A stretch of 64,000 bases of DNA from NCBI GenBank assembly GCA_977030845.1, contig OZ365110.1, forward strand, positions 4,712,001-4,776,000. Reading direction: 5' to 3'. Below are positions 50,601-61,374 of this stretch, piece by piece. Numbering within the stretch: the first letter of the stretch is position 1; each line of letters starts with the position of its first letter. This DNA is from Fimbriosthenelais zetlandica (lineage: Eukaryota). The position numbers and the translations under genes are program-made. The notes beneath the pieces are model-generated. The model saw nothing but the letters and a program-made list of their open reading frames with translations. It searched no databases and had not been told where the DNA came from.

Positions 50601-52367
50601 TGACCCAGGTGGATGGTAGGTGTAGGTGTAGGCCTACTAGTCCGGTGTGATCACCGCTTTTGAGGGAGCAATGAGTGTATTGTTTACTGGACAGCATTAC
50701 GAGTTGGGTCAACTGCACGCGGGTCCTCAGGTGACTGGGTGGGCCACGGGTGGGAAGTATACATACACACTAGTATACAGGTGATGACAATGTCATCAGA
50801 AAACTCACTGCTATCCCCTTATAAGACATTTGGCTTGATCACTACTTTTGGTCTCTTATCAACTTTCACTAAAACTCCTTCCCATTAATTTTTACTTGTA
50901 GCTCAAATTGATACCCTTTTAATCCATGGTCTGTTATGATACGGACATATTTCTCCTCGCTCCCACTACCAACGAGTATAGCTCGTTGCCACTACGAAGG
51001 CCTGCAGCTGATCTTTGTTTTGTTTACCATTTTGTTTGGGTTACTATACGTCACACATAGCCTAGGGGGATTTCCAGAAATGGCGCTCACCATCAAACGA
51101 TGATTAAACTTGAATTAACTTGATAATATTTATTTTCTTCATAATCCATATATCTCAAGATATATGATTCAAGCTTTTATGTCGGTCAAACCCTAGGTCA
51201 TACTAGTCTTTTGTGCCCCTTTAAGAAAAACAACCCAGAAAAAATCTGTTCACTCTCATTCACTCATCATTCCTTTGATCACTCTGTTTATAAATGTGTA
51301 GGAAAAGAATTTATGGAATATTTCATACATAAGATGGTTCCATGGGTACACAATGAATTATTTATTTATACCCGACATATATTCAGGTGGCTTTTTTGCT
51401 GTTTTAAAATGAGGCATTTCTTATTTTCTTTATAATGAAAAAGCGATGGTTTGAGCAGAGAGACTTGGGAGAGTACTGTATATATAATATACATATATAT
51501 ATATATCCGCAGATGAGTTCCAATGGGGCCATTTATTCTTGATATTATATGATTTATTTGTCAGATAATTATCATAAACTCTACTTCTAAGATCTCACTT
51601 AAAATATAACAATTAATTACACGAGGTCCTTAAGGGAAATTGGGGACTGGGAGAAGTTAATCATAGTGTCCCAAAGGTACACATAACTCGTAGGTGGAAA
51701 TGATTTTGTGGTCTCAAAGGGAACTGTGTTGATGCAAAGATAGCGTTGTCTCTTTAGGGATTGTTAGAAATACGACAGGCTATACATGTATATGGTTTTG
51801 GAGTGGCGTAATAATACCATATCTGACACTTATATGACTATAAGAAAACAAAAACTATCAGTTATATTGATATTACTATACACGCCAAGAATCGTATACA
51901 CAGTCAATTTTTAAGTCGACTCGAGTATGATAACTGAATGACTATAATTATGTCACACTCCTTTGTTTAAATGGCTGATTTTGAGAAATGATGCGCACTA
52001 GGCTGCGTGTTTGTATAGTCATGTCGTAATTCATAATGTTTCAATGGAATAAATCACACATGAAAAGGTAAGAACACCTCAACACCAATGCTAAATGACG
52101 GAGGTCTAGCTGTGGGATGTCTGCAGGGGTCCATCACCTCAGAATAAGAGGGAATTATCCGCATGACCAAGATTGAGTACTCCTACCTGTAAACAGGTGT
52201 GCACACCAACATTCTAGGTTTGACGCTGAGCTTTGAAATACTACCGACAACTGCCAATAAGTTTTAAGACCCTCCCTTTATACCTGTCTATAATCAACCT
52301 TTTTTCATAATCTTGGATAAAGTGGTGGACTTCCATTTTCCACTTATGATCCCGATCCATTGCCTTA

Positions 52368-52570
52368 GAGTCTGGTCTCCACTGCTGCGATTTTGCTTGC
52401 GATACTACTGCGACAAAGGTGATACGTTTTTAGGAACTAAATTTATAAATTGCGGTCCAAGGGTCCAAGCCCTTCAGGCCGTCCTCCAACGGTAAATTTG
52501 TCATTGAAACAGAAGCATCACCTCTCTCACAGAGGTGTCGCAAGCAAAATCGCAGCAGTTGAGTACCGGC
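52368..52570. mobile_element. about 200-bp MITE with 30-bp inverted repeats; possible TTA target duplication (PIF/Harbinger-like by inference)
   Basis: ctccactgctgcgattttgcttgcgatact (52377-52406) matches the reverse complement of 52534-52563 at 27/30. TTA occurs at 52365-52367 and 52571-52573. Confidence 0.75.
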
Positions 52571-53183
52571 TTAAAGGTGTTTTGACTGAGTTCAGTTAAA
52601 AGTGCCTTGAGAAAATGGCCTTAAAGGGAGTCTTTGTTTGATCAAGTACAGACGGTTGAGCAAATCTTAAAGATGAATTTTAACAGTAGGATACGCAAAT
52701 TCTGTGTTGGTCTGACCAGTTTATACCATCGATTTACCCCATTACTATAAAGGATGACAAAGCTGGATCGGAGCTACAAGGTGACCTTTCACATCTGTCC
52801 TTTCCAAGGGCAAACTTCTTGATTGGTCATCGGGCGTCCTGACAGCAAGAGGTCAGGAGCGAATCAATCTACATTGTGACGTTATCACGTCATGCTATAC
52901 ACAACCACGTCATTGGTCTACATAGGCAACAGAGGTATGCGCGTGTCACTATAGCAACTACAATGAAAGGCTTTTGCTTGGATACTCGTGACCGGACGTC
53001 GGTCAGGCGGAAGTGGAATATTTGATTTTCTGTCGAGCTAACTGGCTTTCTCTTTCTATCTATGACTTCGGTATCGACTGAGGAATGACAAGGATGCCTT
53101 TGATGCCAGTAATGGTGGTACATTTAAAGGACAATTCTCAGTGATTTTCACGTACATAATATATCAAGAGATTAGCCTATTCT

Positions 53184-53255
53184 AAGCAGGTGATTGAGAG
53201 TATTCAACATGAATATAGGAGGTCCAGGTTCAATTCCCAAAGCATTCTCCAAATT
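53184..53255 (+). mobile_element. tRNA-related SINE head, family 2 (degenerate)
   Basis: B box GGTTCAATTCCC at 53227-53238; flanks align with the reverse complement of 48822-48895. Confidence 0.55.
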
Positions 53256-54042
53256 GTATGAATCAAAAGCGAACCTTGCCTCATATTTACTGTCTATTCT
53301 GAGAGGCATCTAAAAGAAAAGAGCAGACCAATTGTGTGCTGAAAGTGTGTTTCATACTTATTGAATTCAAAGCCAATTCTCACCCTAATATAGTCCTAGG
53401 TCTAGTTTAACAAAGACCTCATACAATTAGGCCTTCTCACACTCCTGTAGTGGAGACACAAACCATAAAGACGACCCCCAACGTTATCCTACTCAATATA
53501 GGCCAATACCAAGCATTTAAAAACTAAAGGCTTTTAAAATCTTATAAATCTCTTCATCCCAACTCTCCCACCTTCAAACCAATACCTGTTACACCTGTTT
53601 CTGTTTCTGACGCAATCCCGAGTAACACGATCTAACAGATAATCTGGGCCGTGTACAGGTGATTTGACAGACGTAACAATGCAAGGACATCTAATCCTTC
53701 CTATCAAGTTCTTATAAAACATCTAATACCATTGTTGGAATTAGTCCCTTCAGGAAATAGGCTTTTGTTATTGAATCCCATTTAGATTCTAGTATTTTCT
53801 CAAAAGATTCTTGCACAACAGGTATTTATAAACAGTGAAATGTGTCTTTTCCCCGCATGAAATTGAAATGGACACTTTAAGGTGATTTGTCATTGAGAGT
53901 TAGTGTTGGCAGAGAGTACGTGAAAAGTGTGGTGAAAAGGAATTAAAATCCATGCAGGTTTGGTTTATTCTTTTAACTCATTTTATGTTTATGATCACAT
54001 TTTAATGCATTCAATGTGGAAGGAAAGTAAATTTTACAATAC

Positions 54043-54120
54043 CTATACGACTGCATCCATAGCATATTATGAAGAAATGGTACATACCTGAAAGAAAATA
54101 AGAGATACTTGTTAAAGATG
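54043..54120 (-). other. second candidate recursive splice site
   Basis: Minus strand reads catctttaacaagtatctcttattttctttcag|GTATGT, with the junction at 54088/54087. It has a branch-like TTAAC and a strong pyrimidine tract. A weaker donor, ag|GTATTG, lies 45 nt downstream. Confidence 0.4.
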
Positions 54121-54890
54121 TCTAATAAATAAATGATGTATGGTCTACTATATTCTATTATACCATTCTGTATACATATGTATAGATATGAAATAGATTG
54201 TAACAATTCTGCAGAAGAATATTGTGCCACAATGAATAGAAAGAAGTCTGCTAGTTCCAACTCATGCCCATAATTCCCCATATTTTCTGAACGCACCAGA
54301 ATGGAGTCAGTCGAGGCGAGCCAAAATCTGTGCCTTTCCCCCTGATTCAATTGTGGTATTTGACTGGGCCGTTTAGCCCTATTGTGACTTAATTGAATAT
54401 GAGCCAAATTGTCATTATTTCCTATTGATTAGCGATGGAGGGGAGGCGTGGATGGGGCAGGGTGTCTAGATGAAAGTTAGAGTTAGTTGTGGTGAGAGTA
54501 TTGTATAGTTCCTGCCAAGATCCTTTCAGATTTGCCACCCAGGCAGACAACTAGCTCCGTCGATGGGGTCCTTTCAAAATGTTAAAAAGCGTCTGGAAGT
54601 TGGGCTGTCAATCTAACTCATCAGCAAGCATATTATGAATACGAAACTCAACCCTAAAAAGGGACAGGCATAAAGTGAGAAAATTTGACGGACAGATACA
54701 CTTGGATTGGGATTGACATACATAATAAGGAAAATGTTCTTTTGAAGCCCCATGCATGTCCACAGAGCTATTCTCTTGACATATCTATATGGATGGGCCG
54801 AATCTACATCAAGAAAATTGAGATGGAACTCTAGAAAATCAACTGAAACGGATTAGCAGAAATAGACAGAAGAACGTGGCAGATAGGAAT

Positions 54891-54944
54891 GGAGAGTTAG
54901 CTCAGTTGGTTAGAGCGCCAGCTCACACAGAATGGTTGACCAAC
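54891..54944 (+). mobile_element. truncated tRNA-derived SINE head, family 1
   Basis: ggagagttagctcagttggttagagcgccagctcacacag..tggttgaccaa is nearly identical to the 5' part of the 50212 copy; the B box is absent. Confidence 0.7.
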
Positions 54945-56149
54945 AGGAAGCTTATTTAATATAAGTGTAAGAAAAGGACGAGTCTGGCCTTTCCCTGCCA
55001 TTTTTTCCCCAAACAAAACTTTTAGGACGAGCTTTTTTTCTTCGCCAGACTTTGATAGAAGAAACTCCAGATTGAACTCGCATTAAAAGTCCGCTATATA
55101 CCGCTTCTCATTATACCTTTTTGCCTTTCTCTCCCACCAACCGCTCACCCTATAGCTTTCTGTTTTTATACTGGATAAACAATGAGGGAGGGAATGACTT
55201 CACCTTGAATGAATGGGGATAACACGATTCCCCGAGATGCTACTTGGATTATGAATTCAATATATCAACACAAATTAAGCGAAATAGAATGGTTATTGTT
55301 TCTTGATTAGACAAGAATATGCATTTGTTTCTAATGCTTTAAGGCCATACTTTTAACAGGACATGAATAAGCACCCATACAGTTGTGGTGCTCACATATT
55401 TATAAGCAGAAAGAGAATTATTTTGGTGTATATTAATACTTTCCCTGGTAAAATAAATTGATGATAAATTGAAAAATAACCTCATGCGATTATGAGAGCT
55501 TCCCAATGGGAACCCTTAAATAGATGTTTTAAGGGGTCCTTTAAGAGAAGACACTGGCCTGGCATCGTAAATTCATTGAAATGTATATGTCCTTTGACAA
55601 GGTGATTGGGACTTGCAATGCTCAATAGGAAACCATTTTACCCATCTATTTGGAAATGACAAAAATAAAAAAAGAACAACAGTCATCTTTGTGTGATAAA
55701 GAAACGCCTAAGGATTTTCTTTTCATCAAGAGGATGTACCATGGGGTTTAGGCAAGCATTTGGGTATAAGCTTATGGGTTAGGTCATGTTATGTAGGCAA
55801 GAATTATGCCTGAGTAATGAAGGTAATAGAAGCTTAATCCTCAGCCTTCTATGACTTATACAAACATACATAATAAGGATTAAGACTTGCTTGCATACAC
55901 CTTCATCCCTATCTATTCTCAATCTGGGATTTCCAACTACAAAGGTCTTCTTCTCAGCTAGACTTTTATAATAATTATGTAATCTGTCGGGGGTGGGGTT
56001 AAGGTACACATTCACCAGGGGTTGTAAAACCCTATATCCACTGTGGCATTTCCTAATGTTTGTCAGTTGTCCCTTAATTGCTTATGGGCCCTGGTGTGCA
56101 AAATAATGCCTCAGTGGGCATGGGGCTGTAGGGTTGTACCTTTTCTGGC

Positions 56150-56470
56150 TCTCTTTCTCACTCTTTCTCTCTCACTGTTAGTCTCTCGGCTCTCTCTCTC
56201 TCTTTTAGGTCTATCCCTTTTTCCAGGTGTTGTACAAGAAAATCGTCGATGGCGAGGGATCGGCGAGGGTGCCCTCGTCGAACATTTGCTTGGACAACTG
56301 CTTGTTATTGCATTGTCCAAGCACTGTTTTCTCAAAAACATTGCTTGGTCCCAAAATTGTCCCTCCCTTCTCTCTCCGTTTCTCTCTCGCTCTGTCTCTG
56401 TCTGTCTCTCTGTCTCTGTTTCTCTCAGACTCTCTGGATCTTTCTATATCTCAGGCTCTCCCTCTATCAC
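56150..56470. repeat. CT-rich microsatellite tracts
   Basis: Degenerate (CT)n/(CTGT)n at about 56150-56205 and 56360-56470. Confidence 0.85.
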
Positions 56471-58705
56471 TCCCTTTGATGGGTGAATGGATTAGATTAG
56501 CCATGTTTAGCGTTCATTTACACTGGCCTGGTTATATGTCCACGGGGGCGAATCTCTCCTGGGAAATAAGCACTGCAGGAAACGCGGGGCGAGCTACAGC
56601 AATGAGAGCCTGGTATTAGCTCGCGCTAAATACCACAAGATGGAACCACTCAAGTCTCCCAGCTTTTGGCTCAATACTTATTTTTCTCATTTCTTTATGT
56701 TCGAATGTCCACTGGGCTGTTTTCTATCTAAAATAGGGCCCCCTTCACTTGGTACTCAGCAAAAAGAGGACAGTACTAGGGGACTGTGGGATCGAGTTCT
56801 GTTTCATACCATTTCATACCTATATAATACGCAAATGCTTGATTCCTATACGACACAGATAATAATTCATTAGAGTGACATTGTGGGGAACCCAAATATT
56901 AGAGTCATATCCATTTGTCATCTCTTAAGTACCCCCTGGGGAAGATATTCTAGGATGCATGACTCCCATGAAACATGCACTCTCTATTGTGTACCCTCCA
57001 TCCGTATGCCATATTGCCATTACGTTATCATTAACCCCTCGGTGCTAATCTTGGGTTTCCTAATGTCACTCAATGGTTCCATACAATGCATATGGATAAT
57101 CCCAATTGGGAGCACTTTCACTGAGGTGTCCCTCACTATTCACCCCGGTCAAATCTCAGAGGGGTGATCCTATAGTTTGGATACTCTATCTGGACCACTG
57201 GTCTGAATAGAGCATGCAGGCCTACCACAATGCATGGCAATGCTGGTTCAGGCAAGAGCGAGCATAAAGGTTCTCCATTTTTTTCAAAACCAAAATTGGA
57301 AAAACCAGTAAGTATACAACAACGACTTAATAATAATTATTTATATTTTCGTTGAACATCACCCTGGCGGAGATCATGCGAAGGTACTATTTTTTTCGAT
57401 ACAATAATTTATTTAGGCATAGTCGGGCAAAATAAGGGATTGATATGGAATTTAGCCGCCAGGAAAGGCTACTTTGTTATACTACTCACAGACACTGGTT
57501 CAAAAACTAGTTCTTTCTGTGAAACAGATGAGTGGATTGTGTATCATATGAAAAGAGATTAGTCACTGATGCAGTGTGGACCGGTGACGGGAGAGGTATG
57601 GTATGGGAGGAGAGAGAGGAGAGGGCTTGATGTATGTGTGTCCGCTACTGATTTATATATCTCTATTACTAGCGGCAAGTCCCGCAGGTAATGAGTAATG
57701 GAGCGACACGAATTGTGACTGTATCGCCTGACACTGTCCTCAATCAAGCTTCATTAGATCGGTTTCCACTGCCGGGGGTGGCATATAATGCTCCTATAGG
57801 GCTGAATTGGGAGGGGTGGGGGAAGATGGGGCCAGACTTCCTCATATAAAAGGTGCAAGATATAGCTGTCTGGTCGCTAGAGGTGAGGACTATGTGACAG
57901 AACCTCAGGGGTGGATCCTAAGATTTTGGAAAGCAAATGGTTGTGGGGAGGTGGACTATTAAGGAATTTGCTATTTGGGCAACAAAAATCATCTTCAAAT
58001 CTTAACTTCATTGCCTATTGAATGCTGAACACATGGAAACCAAGATTTTTTGGAATTTCTGTTCATCTGTGATATGGGTTCTTCTTATTGTTGCTTTTGG
58101 GCTGAAAGGTTTTCGAGTTGGTCAGACCCCCGCAAGGAGGTCAAATCGAGGTTTTCCCTACTAAAACCTGCCTTCAAAATCCTATATCCCCCTACTCTTT
58201 TAATGAAGGAAAATATCGTAATTTAAGCAATTTTTACTATAGTAAAACGTAGTCAATGGATACTGGCCTCTATAAAACTTCATTAGATGATTGCGAACGT
58301 CTTGTGTTATCGACAGAGGAAGAGGGGTAAAACAATAAGACCTTGTTATAACCAACAGCTGGAATTGTTTTGGATGACAAGGGGTGGGGAAATGGTCATC
58401 AAACATCCAACTTTCCTAGAGCTACGGTGCCCAAAATAACTTAATTAAGAGAAAAAAGTGAATGCGTGAAGGAAGGTACATGTATGATTTAACGTTATTG
58501 CCAAACATTAGTATTTTTCTCATCTCCTTTTATCATACATCATTAAAAAGCTCATAATCTGCTCTATATACAAATCTGCAACTAACTCAAAATCCATTTT
58601 TGCGACTTTAGACCCATTTCATGAAAACACGTCACATATACCAGTCATTTGCCTTCTGGTTAACTGCAGTTTTCCCTTATAAGGGAGTGAGATAAAGTCT
58701 ATGTA

Positions 58706-58914
58706 CAGGGTGTCTCACTAAAATCTAAACCCAACTTTGTAAGACCACCATTTGCAAACTATCAGGTACCCAGCACAAAGGAAGGTACCAACAGAAAGAT
58801 GAGACAAATTTCTTCCAAATGATACATTGTTTAGTTTCCTGGGGTCACGCATCATTGAGCAGCATTGTTTTGCAAATGTGTTAGCGAAAAGTGATTGGCT
58901 CACTTTTCACCCTG
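58706..58914. mobile_element. old Tc1/mariner-type MITE
   Basis: TA|CAGGGTG ... CACCCTG|TA termini (TA at 58704-58705 and 58915-58916), plus a subterminal inverted CATTTGCAAA / TTTGCAAATG. Confidence 0.5.
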
Positions 58915-59525
58915 TATTGATGTGGGTAGAATATGGTAGGTGACCACTGGTCAGCCCTTCGTTATCATCTGCCCGGAGGAGCGGTCAATGCAGGACATCA
59001 TACCTGAACCATCCATACATCATAGGTGGCCTAATTAAGTTTCTCATGATGGATCATGTAGCCTGGAACCGCGGTGTGTTGTATGCAGCGCGTGGTATAC
59101 CAGCACTAATGGCTTTATCACTGGTTTCAGTGTTAAAAAGCTACTCTTCAGCTAAAATCAAGAAGAAGCTATTCATTTTGGCTGGGAGGTTATAAGGTGA
59201 AGTTTGCTATATATTGATACATAACAAACACCAGTTGGGATGAGCTATACCGAAAAGTGTATAAACTATACTAAAAATCATGGTAGCTTATACACTAGAT
59301 AAACACTAGATATTTTTTATACAGAATGAGTATATAATTCACGAACTAAAGTCTCATGTCCATTTCTAGTTGTACATCAGACACACATCAGTCTGCGTAT
59401 ACGAATTGCTTCTGGGCAACTGAAGGGCCAACAGAACGAGATATCTCAGTGGATAAGGACCTTATAATTATAAGGAACTAAATGAATAAGCTTCCAGACC
59501 TGGAGAATACATCATAAAATGTCAA

Positions 59526-59561
59526 TTTTTTTTTTTTTTTTTGTACATACGACACTTTATT
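59526..59561 (-). other. retroposed poly(A) tail signature
   Basis: Minus strand has AATAAA (59561-59556), a 13-nt spacer and then A17 (59542-59526). Confidence 0.5.
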
Positions 59562-60340
59562 AAACCATTTCCACTTTACAGCGTGTTTTCAGGTAGACCT
59601 AAATGAGCATATGTCTTGTTGACATGAAACACATTGTACAAAAAGAATCAGCAGTAAAGGGCAATAACTGTAACACATTTGAGAAAAGAGGCGGTGCTAA
59701 ATTTGTTTTCCTAAAAAATAACTGTCATTTCAAAGAGTGTAACATTGCATAATGTTAGCAAAACTAATTAGGTTCAATTATCTCAGCCCAGAGGCATACC
59801 ATGCTATCCAAGGATATGACTGCCCTTTGGTCGCCATTTTATATATGGAAGAAGCCATAATGCCATAACTTCACTCAAATATTTATACCCATCGCTAGCC
59901 CCTCCGTCCACAGTCGAAGGATTATCGGTTACAAACACCTATACCCTCCGCATAACTGCAGTTTTCATATCGCAGAACGTTCCCTTCCAAAATATACTCC
60001 GATTGAATAATATATTACATGTATTGCTAAATTGATTTCTCCCACCCCGAGGAGATCTTAGGATGGTAGATTCATAAAATTATAAGGGAAAGTCATGTGA
60101 CTTTGTATCCAACTCGGAAGAAAGGTATGTATCCATTGTACTTCTATTATGGAAATGTCCTTACAATCAAAATTAAAAGACTTTTACTCTTCTGTTGTCA
60201 CTACAAATTACAGCTTAGTGCAGTCCCGCCACATTAGAGAGTGGGTCAAGGTACTCCAAGCAGCATAGTAAGTTGGTCGTTTGATTTATATGGCCTCAAT
60301 TTATCATATCTGCCACATGCACCATTGGCAAACAGAGCAC

Positions 60341-60470
60341 AATATAGACACCCCTCACAAATACCAATCCCCTGCAACTGCAGTTACAATTGCGGCAGAT
60401 GTGGCCGAAAATGTATACCACCCGGGCTTCTCTGGATTTTCTGCCGCAACTGCCGCAAACACTCGCAAGG
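60341..60470 (+). repeat. most complete copy of the GCGGCAG-AAAAT hairpin-family repeat
   Basis: 23-bp inverted arms at 60390-60412 and 60436-60458 (20/23 match) around a 23-nt loop. The left flank aligns with the copies at 2604 and 21678. Confidence 0.65.
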
Positions 60471-60943
60471 CAAAAGAATCCCATAACTCTGACAATTGCT
60501 GTTTTACTGACAACACATATAGGACTGACAGACAGAAAGGTACCAGAACACACGCGATGCCTGTCAGCAGCTTGTCAGCCAATTTAAACGACTTTGCTTT
60601 TCATTGTTCGGGGTTTAATACAACATGAAAACATGAGACATAAACTCTTGGTAGATCAATATAATTCTGGCCGTAAAACAGGAAGTGCTGGCAGTCGAAC
60701 AGTCGTTAAGTATAAAATCACGCAGTCATGCAAACAGTAAGACTTCAAGTTTAGAAAAATAAATTATAAAAACAATTAGAATAATTAGGTCTAGTAAAGA
60801 AAAAATAAGATGAAAATTTATGTATGATGAATAACCAATAATAAAATTGAGTACTGTTGTGACTATTATTAGGCTTTGGGTCTCCAAAAAATAGTCCATG
60901 CATGGTTGTCATTTTTCATGCCTCTAACCAGAGTCAGTGAGGT

Positions 60944-61170
60944 AGGGGCGGATCCCCCTTTTTGAAAAAAAAAGGTCTGGAAAAAATATAGCCAAACAAA
61001 ATCGGTGGGCAGTTTGAATCTATCGTATGTCGGTTTCAGTACCGAACGGTCCTAGTTACAAGGGATTTTGTTGTCCATTTATGTTCTCCGTAAAATATTT
61101 AGGGGGACATATTGCTCCCAACACAACTCAAATTTGAACCCCCCTTGTCAAATTGCTGGATCTGCCACTG
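60944..61170. mobile_element. MITE-like element with AGGGGCGGATCC / GGATCTGCCACT termini (hAT-like by inference)
   Basis: 10/12 inverted match at the ends. The flanks agtgaggt and actgagga match 6/8 and may be a decayed 8-bp TSD. Confidence 0.5.
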
Positions 61171-61320
61171 ACTGAGGATCCACGCTGTAAGTCCCCTTGA
61201 GGACAAATTTCAAATTGAGGTATTTTTATGGAAACCGATCATTGGGATATTCATCACACCTTGAGACGGGGTGTGGAGTGAAAAGTCCGCATTGTCCCCA
61301 CATCTCATCCTCCCTACTGA

Positions 61321-61374
61321 CCAATCACCCGATGTCCAATCAGACTGGACTATAAAACCGATCACTCAGCCATG
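61321..61374 (+). promoter_or_regulatory. CCAAT-CCAAT-TATA core-promoter-like arrangement
   Basis: CCAAT at 61321 and 61336, TATAAAA at 61351-61357, then ATCACTC and cagccATG (61372) opening only a 12-codon ORF. Confidence 0.4.

Noticed and set aside
53520-53570. minus-strand DEEIYKILK resembling the CR1 C-terminal GD.IEVYKIL motif
   Set aside because: It is an isolated short match with no supporting upstream motifs.
56043-56619. overlapping 147-aa and 130-aa ORFs
   Set aside because: They are dominated by CT microsatellite; no recognisable protein despite an acceptor-like TTTCCAG near 56226.
60241-60628. Cys-rich ORF (CNCSYNCGRCGRKC...FCRNCRK) resembling a zinc finger or metallothionein
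   Set aside because: The cysteines come from the TGCGGC/TGCCGC words of the hairpin repeat, and related copies do not keep the frame.
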